From the sequence record LR745707: a DNA stretch of 40,532 nt. One strand, written 5' to 3'. Positions within the stretch are counted from its first letter, which is position 1. Each line of letters opens with the position of its first letter. The position numbers and the translations under genes are program-made. Under the pieces are notes generated by a model. That model saw only the letters and a list, made by a program, of their open reading frames with translations. It did not search any database and was not told the origin of the DNA. The DNA is from Escherichia phage T7. This document shows positions 9,856 to 21,948 of the stretch, piece after piece.

Positions 9856-10275
9856 GTGGAACTGCGGGAGAAAATCCTTGAGCGAATCAAGGTGACTTCC
9901 TCTGGGTGTTGGGAGTGGCAGGGCGCTACGAACAATAAAGGGTACGGGCAGGTGTGGTGCAGCAATACCGGAAAGGTTGTCTACTGTCATCGCGTAATGT
10001 CTAATGCTCCGAAAGGTTCTACCGTCCTGCACTCCTGTGATAATCCATTATGTTGTAACCCTGAACACCTATCCATAGGAACTCCAAAAGAGAACTCCAC
10101 TGACATGGTAAATAAGGGTCGCTCACACAAGGGGTATAAACTTTCAGACGAAGACGTAATGGCAATCATGGAGTCCAGCGAGTCCAATGTATCCTTAGCT
10201 CGCACCTATGGTGTCTCCCAACAGACTATTTGTGATATACGCAAAGGGAGGCGACATGGCAGGTTACGGCGCTAA
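9856..10275 (+). CDS. 2.8: gp2.8, HNH homing-endonuclease-like protein (GTG start)
   Basis: 139-aa ORF with CWEWQG..NKGYG..HSCDNPLCCNPEHL..GTPKENSTDMVNKGR motif, paralogous to gp7.7. Confidence 0.85.
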   Translation: MELREKILERIKVTSSGCWEWQGATNNKGYGQVWCSNTGKVVYCHRVMSNAPKGSTVLHSCDNPLCCNPEHLSIGTPKENSTDMVNKGRSHKGYKLSDEDVMAIMESSESNVSLARTYGVSQQTICDIRKGRRHGRLRR

Positions 10276-10705
10276 AGGAATCCGAAAGGTTGGAGCGTTT
10301 CGCTCTGGCCTAGAGGACAAGGTTTCAAAGCAGTTGGAATCAAAAGGTATTAAATTCGAGTATGAAGAGTGGAAAGTGCCTTATGTAATTCCGGCGAGCA
10401 ATCACACTTACACTCCAGACTTCTTACTTCCAAACGGTATATTCGTTGAGACAAAGGGTCTGTGGGAAAGCGATGATAGAAAGAAGCACTTATTAATTAG
10501 GGAGCAGCACCCCGAGCTAGACATCCGTATTGTCTTCTCAAGCTCACGTACTAAGTTATACAAAGGTTCTCCAACGTCTTATGGAGAGTTCTGCGAAAAG
10601 CATGGTATTAAGTTCGCTGATAAACTGATACCTGCTGAGTGGATAAAGGAACCCAAGAAGGAGGTCCCCTTTGATAGATTAAAAAGGAAAGGAGGAAAGA
10701 AATAA
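10256..10705 (+). CDS. 3: gp3 endonuclease I (Holliday junction resolvase)
   Basis: ATG at 10256 in frame with track ORF ending 10705; 149 aa. Confidence 0.9.
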   Translation: MAGYGAKGIRKVGAFRSGLEDKVSKQLESKGIKFEYEEWKVPYVIPASNHTYTPDFLLPNGIFVETKGLWESDDRKKHLLIREQHPELDIRIVFSSSRTKLYKGSPTSYGEFCEKHGIKFADKLIPAEWIKEPKKEVPFDRLKRKGGKK

Positions 10706-11160
10706 TGGCTCGTGTACAGTTTAAACAACGTGAATCTACTGACGCAATCTTTGTTCACTGCTCGGCTACCAAGCCAAGTCAGAATGTTGGTGTCCGTGAG
10801 ATTCGCCAGTGGCACAAAGAGCAGGGTTGGCTCGATGTGGGATACCACTTTATCATCAAGCGAGACGGTACTGTGGAGGCAGGACGAGATGAGATGGCTG
10901 TAGGCTCTCACGCTAAGGGTTACAACCACAACTCTATCGGCGTCTGCCTTGTTGGTGGTATCGACGATAAAGGTAAGTTCGACGCTAACTTTACGCCAGC
11001 CCAAATGCAATCCCTTCGCTCACTGCTTGTCACACTGCTGGCTAAGTACGAAGGCGCTGTGCTTCGCGCCCATCATGAGGTGGCGCCGAAGGCTTGCCCT
11101 TCGTTCGACCTTAAGCGTTGGTGGGAGAAGAACGAACTGGTCACTTCTGACCGTGGATAA
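10705..11160 (+). CDS. 3.5: gp3.5 lysozyme (N-acetylmuramoyl-L-alanine amidase; T7 RNAP inhibitor)
   Basis: 151-aa MARVQFKQRESTDAIFVHCSATKPSQNVGVREIRQWHKEQGWLDVGYHFIIKRDG... Confidence 0.95.
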   Translation: MARVQFKQRESTDAIFVHCSATKPSQNVGVREIRQWHKEQGWLDVGYHFIIKRDGTVEAGRDEMAVGSHAKGYNHNSIGVCLVGGIDDKGKFDANFTPAQMQSLRSLLVTLLAKYEGAVLRAHHEVAPKACPSFDLKRWWEKNELVTSDRG

Positions 11161-11161
11161 T

Positions 11162-11184
11162 TAATTGAACTCACTAAAGGGAGA
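11162..11184 (+). promoter_or_regulatory. T7 RNAP promoter phi3.8
   Basis: taattgaactcactaaagggaga. Confidence 0.8.
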
Positions 11185-11223
11185 CCACAGCGGTTTCCCT
11201 TTGTTCGCATTGGAGGTCAAATA

Positions 11224-13322
<2,099 letters not shown>

Positions 13323-13325
<3 letters not shown>

Positions 13326-13345
13326 TACGACTCACTAAAGGAGAC
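13323..13345 (+). promoter_or_regulatory. T7 RNAP promoter phi4.3
   Basis: taatacgactcactaaaggagac. Confidence 0.85.
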
Positions 13346-13350
13346 ACACC

Positions 13351-13563
13351 ATGTTCAAACTGATTAAGAAGTTAGGCCAACTGCTGGTTCGTATGTACAA
13401 CGTGGAAGCCAAGCGACTGAACGATGAGGCTCGTAAAGAGGCCACACAGTCACGCGCTCTGGCGATTCGCTCCAACGAACTGGCTGACAGTGCATCCACT
13501 AAAGTTACCGAGGCTGCCCGTGTGGCAAACCAAGCTCAACAGCTTTCCAAATTCTTTGAGTAA
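13351..13563 (+). CDS. 4.3: gp4.3
   Basis: 70-aa track ORF. Confidence 0.85.
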   Translation: MFKLIKKLGQLLVRMYNVEAKRLNDEARKEATQSRALAIRSNELADSASTKVTEAARVANQAQQLSKFFE

Positions 13564-13582
13564 TCAAACAGGAGAAACCATT

Positions 13583-13852
13583 ATGTCTAACGTAGCTGAA
13601 ACTATCCGTCTATCCGATACAGCTGACCAGTGGAACCGTCGAGTCCACATCAACGTTCGCAACGGTAAGGCGACTATGGTTTACCGCTGGAAGGACTCTA
13701 AGTCCTCTAAGAATCACACTCAGCGTATGACGTTGACAGATGAGCAAGCACTGCGTCTGGTCAATGCGCTTACCAAAGCTGCCGTGACAGCAATTCATGA
13801 AGCTGGTCGCGTCAATGAAGCTATGGCTATCCTCGACAAGATTGATAACTAA
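13583..13852 (+). CDS. 4.5: gp4.5
   Basis: ATG at 13583 (MSNVAETIRL...) in frame with track ORF 13424-13852, RBS caggagaaacc upstream; 89 aa. Confidence 0.85.
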   Translation: MSNVAETIRLSDTADQWNRRVHINVRNGKATMVYRWKDSKSSKNHTQRMTLTDEQALRLVNALTKAAVTAIHEAGRVNEAMAILDKIDN

Positions 13853-13861
13853 GAGTGGTAT

Positions 13862-13896
13862 CCTCAAGGTCGCCAAAGTGGTGGCCTTCATGAATA
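13862..13896 (+). promoter_or_regulatory. RNase III processing site R4.7
   Basis: ctcaaggtcgccaaagtggtggccttcatgaat. Confidence 0.55.
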
Positions 13897-13919
13897 CTAT
13901 TCGACTCACTATAGGAGAT
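13897..13919 (+). promoter_or_regulatory. T7 RNAP promoter phi4.7
   Basis: ctattcgactcactataggagat. Confidence 0.8.
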
Positions 13920-13925
13920 ATTACC

Positions 13926-14333
13926 ATGCGTGACCCTAAAGTTATCCAAGCAGAAATCGCTAAACTGGAAGCTGAACTGGAGGACGTTAAGTACCATGAA
14001 GCTAAGACTCGCTCCGCTGTTCACATCTTGAAGAACTTAGGCTGGACTTGGACAAGACAGACTGGCTGGAAGAAACCAGAAGTTACCAAGCTGAGTCATA
14101 AGGTGTTCGATAAGGACACTATGACCCACATCAAGGCTGGTGATTGGGTTAAGGTTGACATGGGAGTTGTTGGTGGATACGGCTACGTCCGCTCAGTTAG
14201 TGGCAAATATGCACAAGTGTCATACATCACAGGTGTTACTCCACGCGGTGCAATCGTTGCCGATAAGACCAACATGATTCACACAGGTTTCTTGACAGTT
14301 GTTTCATATGAAGAGATTGTTAAGTCACGATAA
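13926..14333 (+). CDS. 4.7: gp4.7
   Basis: ATG at 13926 (MRDPKVIQAE...) in frame with track ORF ending 14333; 135 aa. Confidence 0.85.
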   Translation: MRDPKVIQAEIAKLEAELEDVKYHEAKTRSAVHILKNLGWTWTRQTGWKKPEVTKLSHKVFDKDTMTHIKAGDWVKVDMGVVGGYGYVRSVSGKYAQVSYITGVTPRGAIVADKTNMIHTGFLTVVSYEEIVKSR

Positions 14334-14351
14334 TCAATAGGAGAAATCAAT

Positions 14352-16466
14352 ATGATCGTTTCTGACATCGAAGCTAACGCCCTCTTAGAGAGCGTCACTA
14401 AGTTCCACTGCGGGGTTATCTACGACTACTCCACCGCTGAGTACGTAAGCTACCGTCCGAGTGACTTCGGTGCGTATCTGGATGCGCTGGAAGCCGAGGT
14501 TGCACGAGGCGGTCTTATTGTGTTCCACAACGGTCACAAGTATGACGTTCCTGCATTGACCAAACTGGCAAAGTTGCAATTGAACCGAGAGTTCCACCTT
14601 CCTCGTGAGAACTGTATTGACACCCTTGTGTTGTCACGTTTGATTCATTCCAACCTCAAGGACACCGATATGGGTCTTCTGCGTTCCGGCAAGTTGCCCG
14701 GAAAACGCTTTGGGTCTCACGCTTTGGAGGCGTGGGGTTATCGCTTAGGCGAGATGAAGGGTGAATACAAAGACGACTTTAAGCGTATGCTTGAAGAGCA
14801 GGGTGAAGAATACGTTGACGGAATGGAGTGGTGGAACTTCAACGAAGAGATGATGGACTATAACGTTCAGGACGTTGTGGTAACTAAAGCTCTCCTTGAG
14901 AAGCTACTCTCTGACAAACATTACTTCCCTCCTGAGATTGACTTTACGGACGTAGGATACACTACGTTCTGGTCAGAATCCCTTGAGGCCGTTGACATTG
15001 AACATCGTGCTGCATGGCTGCTCGCTAAACAAGAGCGCAACGGGTTCCCGTTTGACACAAAAGCAATCGAAGAGTTGTACGTAGAGTTAGCTGCTCGCCG
15101 CTCTGAGTTGCTCCGTAAATTGACCGAAACGTTCGGCTCGTGGTATCAGCCTAAAGGTGGCACTGAGATGTTCTGCCATCCGCGAACAGGTAAGCCACTA
15201 CCTAAATACCCTCGCATTAAGACACCTAAAGTTGGTGGTATCTTTAAGAAGCCTAAGAACAAGGCACAGCGAGAAGGCCGTGAGCCTTGCGAACTTGATA
15301 CCCGCGAGTACGTTGCTGGTGCTCCTTACACCCCAGTTGAACATGTTGTGTTTAACCCTTCGTCTCGTGACCACATTCAGAAGAAACTCCAAGAGGCTGG
15401 GTGGGTCCCGACCAAGTACACCGATAAGGGTGCTCCTGTGGTGGACGATGAGGTACTCGAAGGAGTACGTGTAGATGACCCTGAGAAGCAAGCCGCTATC
15501 GACCTCATTAAAGAGTACTTGATGATTCAGAAGCGAATCGGACAGTCTGCTGAGGGAGACAAAGCATGGCTTCGTTATGTTGCTGAGGATGGTAAGATTC
15601 ATGGTTCTGTTAACCCTAATGGAGCAGTTACGGGTCGTGCGACCCATGCGTTCCCAAACCTTGCGCAAATTCCGGGTGTACGTTCTCCTTATGGAGAGCA
15701 GTGTCGCGCTGCTTTTGGCGCTGAGCACCATTTGGATGGGATAACTGGTAAGCCTTGGGTTCAGGCTGGCATCGACGCATCCGGTCTTGAGCTACGCTGC
15801 TTGGCTCACTTCATGGCTCGCTTTGATAACGGCGAGTACGCTCACGAGATTCTTAACGGCGACATCCACACTAAGAACCAGATAGCTGCTGAACTACCTA
15901 CCCGAGATAACGCTAAGACGTTCATCTATGGGTTCCTCTATGGTGCTGGTGATGAGAAGATTGGACAGATTGTTGGTGCTGGTAAAGAGCGCGGTAAGGA
16001 ACTCAAGAAGAAATTCCTTGAGAACACCCCCGCGATTGCAGCACTCCGCGAGTCTATCCAACAGACACTTGTCGAGTCCTCTCAATGGGTAGCTGGTGAG
16101 CAACAAGTCAAGTGGAAACGCCGCTGGATTAAAGGTCTGGATGGTCGTAAGGTACACGTTCGTAGTCCTCACGCTGCCTTGAATACCCTACTGCAATCTG
16201 CTGGTGCTCTCATCTGCAAACTGTGGATTATCAAGACCGAAGAGATGCTCGTAGAGAAAGGCTTGAAGCATGGCTGGGATGGGGACTTTGCGTACATGGC
16301 ATGGGTACATGATGAAATCCAAGTAGGCTGCCGTACCGAAGAGATTGCTCAGGTGGTCATTGAGACCGCACAAGAAGCGATGCGCTGGGTTGGAGACCAC
16401 TGGAACTTCCGGTGTCTTCTGGATACCGAAGGTAAGATGGGTCCTAATTGGGCGATTTGCCACTGA
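14352..16466 (+). CDS. 5: gp5 DNA polymerase (uses host thioredoxin as processivity factor)
   Basis: 704-aa [30 protein letters not shown]..., family A polymerase. Confidence 0.98.
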   Translation: MIVSDIEANALLESVTKFHCGVIYDYSTAEYVSYRPSDFGAYLDALEAEVARGGLIVFHNGHKYDVPALTKLAKLQLNREFHLPRENCIDTLVLSRLIHSNLKDTDMGLLRSGKLPGKRFGSHALEAWGYRLGEMKGEYKDDFKRMLEEQGEEYVDGMEWWNFNEEMMDYNVQDVVVTKALLEKLLSDKHYFPPEIDFTDVGYTTFWSESLEAVDIEHRAAWLLAKQERNGFPFDTKAIEELYVELAARRSELLRKLTETFGSWYQPKGGTEMFCHPRTGKPLPKYPRIKTPKVGGIFKKPKNKAQREGREPCELDTREYVAGAPYTPVEHVVFNPSSRDHIQKKLQEAGWVPTKYTDKGAPVVDDEVLEGVRVDDPEKQAAIDLIKEYLMIQKRIGQSAEGDKAWLRYVAEDGKIHGSVNPNGAVTGRATHAFPNLAQIPGVRSPYGEQCRAAFGAEHHLDGITGKPWVQAGIDASGLELRCLAHFMARFDNGEYAHEILNGDIHTKNQIAAELPTRDNAKTFIYGFLYGAGDEKIGQIVGAGKERGKELKKKFLENTPAIAALRESIQQTLVESSQWVAGEQQVKWKRRWIKGLDGRKVHVRSPHAALNTLLQSAGALICKLWIIKTEEMLVEKGLKHGWDGDFAYMAWVHDEIQVGCRTEEIAQVVIETAQEAMRWVGDHWNFRCLLDTEGKMGPNWAICH

Positions 16467-16481
16467 TACAGGAGGCTACTC

Positions 16482-16838
16482 ATGAACGAAAGACACTTAA
16501 CAGGTGCTGCTTCTGAAATGCTAGTAGCCTACAAATTTACCAAAGCTGGGTACACTGTCTATTACCCTATGCTGACTCAGAGTAAAGAGGACTTGGTTGT
16601 ATGTAAGGATGGTAAATTTAGTAAGGTTCAGGTTAAAACAGCCACAACGGTTCAAACCAACACAGGAGATGCCAAGCAGGTTAGGCTAGGTGGATGCGGT
16701 AGGTCCGAATATAAGGATGGAGACTTTGACATTCTTGCGGTTGTGGTTGACGAAGATGTGCTTATTTTCACATGGGACGAAGTAAAAGGTAAGACATCCA
16801 TGTGTGTCGGCAAGAGAAACAAAGGCATAAAACTATAG
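16482..16838 (+). CDS. 5.3: gp5.3
   Basis: 118-aa track ORF. Confidence 0.85.
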   Translation: MNERHLTGAASEMLVAYKFTKAGYTVYYPMLTQSKEDLVVCKDGKFSKVQVKTATTVQTNTGDAKQVRLGGCGRSEYKDGDFDILAVVVDEDVLIFTWDEVKGKTSMCVGKRNKGIKL

Positions 16839-16849
16839 GAGAAATTATT

Positions 16850-17149
16850 ATGGCTATGACAAAGAAATTTAAAGTGTCCTTCGACGTTACCGCAAAGATG
16901 TCGTCTGACGTTCAGGCAATCTTAGAGAAAGATATGCTGCATCTATGTAAGCAGGTCGGCTCAGGTGCGATTGTCCCCAATGGTAAACAGAAGGAAATGA
17001 TTGTCCAGTTCCTGACACACGGTATGGAAGGATTGATGACATTCGTAGTACGTACATCATTTCGTGAGGCCATTAAGGACATGCACGAAGAGTATGCAGA
17101 TAAGGACTCTTTCAAACAATCTCCTGCAACAGTACGGGAGGTGTTCTGA
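16850..17149 (+). CDS. 5.5: gp5.5 (H-NS-binding protein)
   Basis: ATG at 16850 (MAMTKKFKVSFDV...) in frame with track ORF 16802-17149; 99 aa. Confidence 0.85.
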   Translation: MAMTKKFKVSFDVTAKMSSDVQAILEKDMLHLCKQVGSGAIVPNGKQKEMIVQFLTHGMEGLMTFVVRTSFREAIKDMHEEYADKDSFKQSPATVREVF

Positions 17150-17358
17150 TGTCTGACTACCTGAAAGTGCTGCAAGCAATCAAAAGTTGCCCTAAGACTT
17201 TCCAGTCCAACTATGTACGGAACAATGCGAGCCTCGTAGCGGAGGCCGCTTCCCGTGGTCACATCTCGTGCCTGACTACTAGTGGACGTAACGGTGGCGC
17301 TTGGGAAATCACTGCTTCCGGTACTCGCTTTCTGAAACGAATGGGAGGATGTGTCTAA
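17149..17358 (+). CDS. 5.7: gp5.7
   Basis: 69-aa track ORF. Confidence 0.85.
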   Translation: MSDYLKVLQAIKSCPKTFQSNYVRNNASLVAEAASRGHISCLTTSGRNGGAWEITASGTRFLKRMGGCV

Positions 17359-17516
17359 TGTCTCGTGACCTTGTGACTATTCCACGCGATGTGTGGAACG
17401 ATATACAGGGCTACATCGACTCTCTGGAACGTGAGAACGATAGCCTTAAGAATCAACTAATGGAAGCTGACGAATACGTAGCGGAACTAGAGGAGAAACT
17501 TAATGGCACTTCTTGA
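17358..17516 (+). CDS. 5.9: gp5.9 RecBCD inhibitor
   Basis: ATG at 17358 (MSRDLVTIPRDVWNDIQGY...) in frame with track ORF 17301-17516; 52 aa, acidic. Confidence 0.8.
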   Translation: MSRDLVTIPRDVWNDIQGYIDSLERENDSLKNQLMEADEYVAELEEKLNGTS

Positions 17517-18405
17517 CCTTAAACAATTCTATGAGTTACGTGAAGGCTGCGACGACAAGGGTATCCTTGTGATGGACGGCGACTGGCTGGTCTTCCAAGC
17601 TATGAGTGCTGCTGAGTTTGATGCCTCTTGGGAGGAAGAGATTTGGCACCGATGCTGTGACCACGCTAAGGCCCGTCAGATTCTTGAGGATTCCATTAAG
17701 TCCTACGAGACCCGTAAGAAGGCTTGGGCAGGTGCTCCAATTGTCCTTGCGTTCACCGATAGTGTTAACTGGCGTAAAGAACTGGTTGACCCGAACTATA
17801 AGGCTAACCGTAAGGCCGTGAAGAAACCTGTAGGGTACTTTGAGTTCCTTGATGCTCTCTTTGAGCGCGAAGAGTTCTATTGCATCCGTGAGCCTATGCT
17901 TGAGGGTGATGACGTTATGGGAGTTATTGCTTCCAATCCGTCTGCCTTCGGTGCTCGTAAGGCTGTAATCATCTCTTGCGATAAGGACTTTAAGACCATC
18001 CCTAACTGTGACTTCCTGTGGTGTACCACTGGTAACATCCTGACTCAGACCGAAGAGTCCGCTGACTGGTGGCACCTCTTCCAGACCATCAAGGGTGACA
18101 TCACTGATGGTTACTCAGGGATTGCTGGATGGGGTGATACCGCCGAGGACTTCTTGAATAACCCGTTCATAACCGAGCCTAAAACGTCTGTGCTTAAGTC
18201 CGGTAAGAACAAAGGCCAAGAGGTTACTAAATGGGTTAAACGCGACCCTGAGCCTCATGAGACGCTTTGGGACTGCATTAAGTCCATTGGCGCGAAGGCT
18301 GGTATGACCGAAGAGGATATTATCAAGCAGGGCCAAATGGCTCGAATCCTACGGTTCAACGAGTACAACTTTATTGACAAGGAGATTTACCTGTGGAGAC
18401 CGTAG
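17503..18405 (+). CDS. 6: gp6 5'-3' exonuclease
   Basis: 300-aa track ORF. Confidence 0.95.
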   Translation: MALLDLKQFYELREGCDDKGILVMDGDWLVFQAMSAAEFDASWEEEIWHRCCDHAKARQILEDSIKSYETRKKAWAGAPIVLAFTDSVNWRKELVDPNYKANRKAVKKPVGYFEFLDALFEREEFYCIREPMLEGDDVMGVIASNPSAFGARKAVIISCDKDFKTIPNCDFLWCTTGNILTQTEESADWWHLFQTIKGDITDGYSGIAGWGDTAEDFLNNPFITEPKTSVLKSGKNKGQEVTKWVKRDPEPHETLWDCIKSIGAKAGMTEEDIIKQGQMARILRFNEYNFIDKEIYLWRP

Positions 18406-18506
18406 CGTATATTGGTCTGGGTCTTTGTGTTCTCGGAGTGTGCCTCATTTCGTGGGGCCTTTGGGACTTAGCCAGAATAATCAAGTCGTTACACGACACT
18501 AAGTGA
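18393..18506 (+). CDS. 6.3: gp6.3 (GTG start)
   Basis: 37-codon ORF from GTG 18393 overlapping the gene 6 end, stop TGA 18504-18506. Confidence 0.6.
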   Translation: METVAYIGLGLCVLGVCLISWGLWDLARIIKSLHDTK

Positions 18507-18509
18507 TAA

Positions 18510-18568
18510 ACTCAAGGTCCCTAAATTAATACGACTCACTATAGGGAGATAGGGGCCTTTACGATTAT
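18510..18568 (+). promoter_or_regulatory. RNase III processing site R6.5 (encloses phi6.5)
   Basis: ctcaaggtccc...ataggggcctttacgatta flanking the promoter. Confidence 0.55.
18527..18549 (+). promoter_or_regulatory. T7 RNAP promoter phi6.5 (class III)
   Basis: taatacgactcactatagggaga, exact consensus. Confidence 0.9.
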
Positions 18569-18603
18569 TACTTTAAGATTTAACTCTAAGAGGAATCTTT
18601 ATT

Positions 18604-18858
18604 ATGTTAACACCTATTAACCAATTACTTAAGAACCCTAACGATATTCCAGATGTACCTCGTGCAACCGCTGAGTATCTACAGGTTCGATTCAACTATG
18701 CGTACCTCGAAGCGTCTGGTCATATAGGACTTATGCGTGCTAATGGTTGTAGTGAGGCCCACATCTTGGGTTTCATTCAGGGCCTACAGTATGCCTCTAA
18801 CGTCATTGACGAGATTGAGTTACGCAAGGAACAACTAAGAGATGATGGGGAGGATTGA
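18604..18858 (+). CDS. 6.5: gp6.5
   Basis: 84-aa track ORF. Confidence 0.85.
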
Positions 18859-18862
18859 CACT

Positions 18863-19129
18863 ATGTGTTTCTCACCGAAAATTAAAACTCCGAAGATGGA
18901 TACCAATCAGATTCGAGCCGTTGAGCCAGCGCCTCTGACCCAAGAAGTGTCAAGCGTGGAGTTCGGTGGGTCTTCTGATGAGACGGATACCGAGGGCACC
19001 GAAGTGTCTGGACGCAAAGGCCTCAAGGTCGAACGTGATGATTCCGTAGCGAAGTCTAAAGCCAGCGGCAATGGCTCCGCTCGTATGAAATCTTCCATCC
19101 GTAAGTCCGCATTTGGAGGTAAGAAGTGA
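18863..19129 (+). CDS. 6.7: gp6.7 (virion protein)
   Basis: ATG at 18863 (MCFSPKIKTPKMD...) in frame with track ORF 18842-19129; 88 aa. Confidence 0.85.
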   Translation: MCFSPKIKTPKMDTNQIRAVEPAPLTQEVSSVEFGGSSDETDTEGTEVSGRKGLKVERDDSVAKSKASGNGSARMKSSIRKSAFGGKK

Positions 19130-19530
19130 TGTCTGAGTTCACATGTGTGGAGGCTAAGAGTCGCTTCCGTGCAATCCGGTGGACTGTGGAACACCTTGGG
19201 TTGCCTAAAGGATTCGAAGGACACTTTGTGGGCTACAGCCTCTACGTAGACGAAGTGATGGACATGTCTGGTTGCCGTGAAGAGTACATTCTGGACTCTA
19301 CCGGAAAACATGTAGCGTACTTCGCGTGGTGCGTAAGCTGTGACATTCACCACAAAGGAGACATTCTGGATGTAACGTCCGTTGTCATTAATCCTGAGGC
19401 AGACTCTAAGGGCTTACAGCGATTCCTAGCGAAACGCTTTAAGTACCTTGCGGAACTCCACGATTGCGATTGGGTGTCTCGTTGTAAGCATGAAGGCGAG
19501 ACAATGCGTGTATACTTTAAGGAGGTATAA
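19129..19530 (+). CDS. 7: gp7
   Basis: Second ATG of track ORF 19126-19530; 133 aa. Confidence 0.8.
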   Translation: MSEFTCVEAKSRFRAIRWTVEHLGLPKGFEGHFVGYSLYVDEVMDMSGCREEYILDSTGKHVAYFAWCVSCDIHHKGDILDVTSVVINPEADSKGLQRFLAKRFKYLAELHDCDWVSRCKHEGETMRVYFKEV

Positions 19531-19533
19531 GTT

Positions 19534-19833
19534 ATGGGTAAGAAAGTTAAGAAGGCCGGGAAGAAAGTCACCAAGTCCGTTAAGAAAGTCGTTAAGGAAG
19601 GGGCTCGTCCGGTTAAACAGGTTGCTGGCGGTCTAGCTGGTCTGGCTGGTGGTACTGGTGAAGCACAGATGGTGGAAGTACCACAAGCTGCCGCACAGAT
19701 TGTTGACGTACCTGAGAAAGAGGTTTCCACTGAGGACGAAGCACAGACAGAAAGCGGACGCAAGAAAGCTCGTGCTGGCGGTAAGAAATCCTTGAGTGTA
19801 GCCCGTAGCTCCGGTGGCGGTATCAACATTTAA
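19534..19833 (+). CDS. 7.3: gp7.3 (tail-associated protein)
   Basis: 99-aa track ORF, lysine-rich. Confidence 0.9.
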   Translation: MGKKVKKAGKKVTKSVKKVVKEGARPVKQVAGGLAGLAGGTGEAQMVEVPQAAAQIVDVPEKEVSTEDEAQTESGRKKARAGGKKSLSVARSSGGGINI

Positions 19834-19846
19834 TCAGGAGGTTATC

Positions 19847-20239
19847 GTGGAAGACTGCATTGAATGGACCGGAGGTGTCAACTCTAAGGGTTATGGTCGT
19901 AAGTGGGTTAATGGTAAACTTGTGACTCCACATAGGCACATCTATGAGGAGACATATGGTCCAGTTCCAACAGGAATTGTGGTGATGCATATCTGCGATA
20001 ACCCTAGGTGCTATAACATAAAGCACCTTACGCTTGGAACTCCAAAGGATAATTCCGAGGACATGGTTACCAAAGGTAGACAGGCTAAAGGAGAGGAACT
20101 AAGCAAGAAACTTACAGAGTCAGACGTTCTCGCTATACGCTCTTCAACCTTAAGCCACCGCTCCTTAGGAGAACTGTATGGAGTCAGTCAATCAACCATA
20201 ACGCGAATACTACAGCGTAAGACATGGAGACACATTTAA
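19847..20239 (+). CDS. 7.7: gp7.7, HNH homing-endonuclease-like (GTG start)
   Basis: GTG at 19847 after RBS caggaggttatc; CIEWTGGVNSKGYG..HICDNPRCYNIKHL..GTPKDNSEDMVTKGR motif paralogous to gp2.8. Confidence 0.8.
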   Translation: MEDCIEWTGGVNSKGYGRKWVNGKLVTPHRHIYEETYGPVPTGIVVMHICDNPRCYNIKHLTLGTPKDNSEDMVTKGRQAKGEELSKKLTESDVLAIRSSTLSHRSLGELYGVSQSTITRILQRKTWRHI

Positions 20240-21849
20240 TGGCTGAGAAACGAACAGGACTTGCGGAGGATGGCGCAAAGTCTGTCTATGAGCGTTTAAA
20301 GAACGACCGTGCTCCCTATGAGACACGCGCTCAGAATTGCGCTCAATATACCATCCCATCATTGTTCCCTAAGGACTCCGATAACGCCTCTACAGATTAT
20401 CAAACTCCGTGGCAAGCCGTGGGCGCTCGTGGTCTGAACAATCTAGCCTCTAAGCTCATGCTGGCTCTATTCCCTATGCAGACTTGGATGCGACTTACTA
20501 TATCTGAATATGAAGCAAAGCAGTTACTGAGCGACCCCGATGGACTCGCTAAGGTCGATGAGGGCCTCTCGATGGTAGAGCGTATCATCATGAACTACAT
20601 TGAGTCTAACAGTTACCGCGTGACTCTCTTTGAGGCTCTCAAACAGTTAGTCGTAGCTGGTAACGTCCTGCTGTACCTACCGGAACCGGAAGGGTCAAAC
20701 TATAATCCCATGAAGCTGTACCGATTGTCTTCTTATGTGGTCCAACGAGACGCATTCGGCAACGTTCTGCAAATGGTGACTCGTGACCAGATAGCTTTTG
20801 GTGCTCTCCCTGAGGACATCCGTAAGGCTGTAGAAGGTCAAGGTGGTGAGAAGAAAGCTGATGAGACAATCGACGTGTACACTCACATCTATCTGGATGA
20901 GGACTCAGGTGAATACCTCCGATACGAAGAGGTCGAGGGTATGGAAGTCCAAGGCTCCGATGGGACTTATCCTAAAGAGGCTTGCCCATACATCCCGATT
21001 CGGATGGTCAGACTAGATGGTGAATCCTACGGTCGTTCGTACATTGAGGAATACTTAGGTGACTTACGGTCCCTTGAAAATCTCCAAGAGGCTATCGTCA
21101 AGATGTCCATGATTAGCTCTAAGGTTATCGGCTTAGTGAATCCTGCTGGTATCACCCAGCCACGCCGACTGACCAAAGCTCAGACTGGTGACTTCGTTAC
21201 TGGTCGTCCAGAAGACATCTCGTTCCTCCAACTGGAGAAGCAAGCAGACTTTACTGTAGCTAAAGCCGTAAGTGACGCTATCGAGGCTCGCCTTTCGTTT
21301 GCCTTTATGTTGAACTCTGCGGTTCAGCGTACAGGTGAACGTGTGACCGCCGAAGAGATTCGGTATGTAGCTTCTGAACTTGAAGATACTTTAGGTGGTG
21401 TCTACTCTATCCTTTCTCAAGAATTACAATTGCCTCTGGTACGAGTGCTCTTGAAGCAACTACAAGCCACGCAACAGATTCCTGAGTTACCTAAGGAAGC
21501 CGTAGAGCCAACCATTAGTACAGGTCTGGAAGCAATTGGTCGAGGACAAGACCTTGATAAGCTGGAGCGGTGTGTCACTGCGTGGGCTGCACTGGCACCT
21601 ATGCGGGACGACCCTGATATTAACCTTGCGATGATTAAGTTACGTATTGCCAACGCTATCGGTATTGACACTTCTGGTATTCTACTCACCGAAGAACAGA
21701 AGCAACAGAAGATGGCCCAACAGTCTATGCAAATGGGTATGGATAATGGTGCTGCTGCGCTGGCTCAAGGTATGGCTGCACAAGCTACAGCTTCACCTGA
21801 GGCTATGGCTGCTGCCGCTGATTCCGTAGGTTTACAGCCGGGAATTTAA
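20239..21849 (+). CDS. 8: gp8 head-to-tail connector (portal)
   Basis: ATG at 20239 (MAEKRTGLAEDGAKS...) in frame with track ORF 20224-21849; 536 aa. Confidence 0.95.
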   Translation: MAEKRTGLAEDGAKSVYERLKNDRAPYETRAQNCAQYTIPSLFPKDSDNASTDYQTPWQAVGARGLNNLASKLMLALFPMQTWMRLTISEYEAKQLLSDPDGLAKVDEGLSMVERIIMNYIESNSYRVTLFEALKQLVVAGNVLLYLPEPEGSNYNPMKLYRLSSYVVQRDAFGNVLQMVTRDQIAFGALPEDIRKAVEGQGGEKKADETIDVYTHIYLDEDSGEYLRYEEVEGMEVQGSDGTYPKEACPYIPIRMVRLDGESYGRSYIEEYLGDLRSLENLQEAIVKMSMISSKVIGLVNPAGITQPRRLTKAQTGDFVTGRPEDISFLQLEKQADFTVAKAVSDAIEARLSFAFMLNSAVQRTGERVTAEEIRYVASELEDTLGGVYSILSQELQLPLVRVLLKQLQATQQIPELPKEAVEPTISTGLEAIGRGQDLDKLERCVTAWAALAPMRDDPDINLAMIKLRIANAIGIDTSGILLTEEQKQQKMAQQSMQMGMDNGAAALAQGMAAQATASPEAMAAAADSVGLQPGI

Positions 21850-21869
21850 TACGACTCACTATAGGGAGA
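21847..21869 (+). promoter_or_regulatory. T7 RNAP promoter phi9 (class III)
   Basis: taatacgactcactatagggaga. Confidence 0.9.
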
Positions 21870-21948
21870 CCTCATCTTTGAAATGAGCGATGACAAGAGG
21901 TTGGAGTCCTCGGTCTTCCTGTAGTTCAACTTTAAGGAGACAATAATA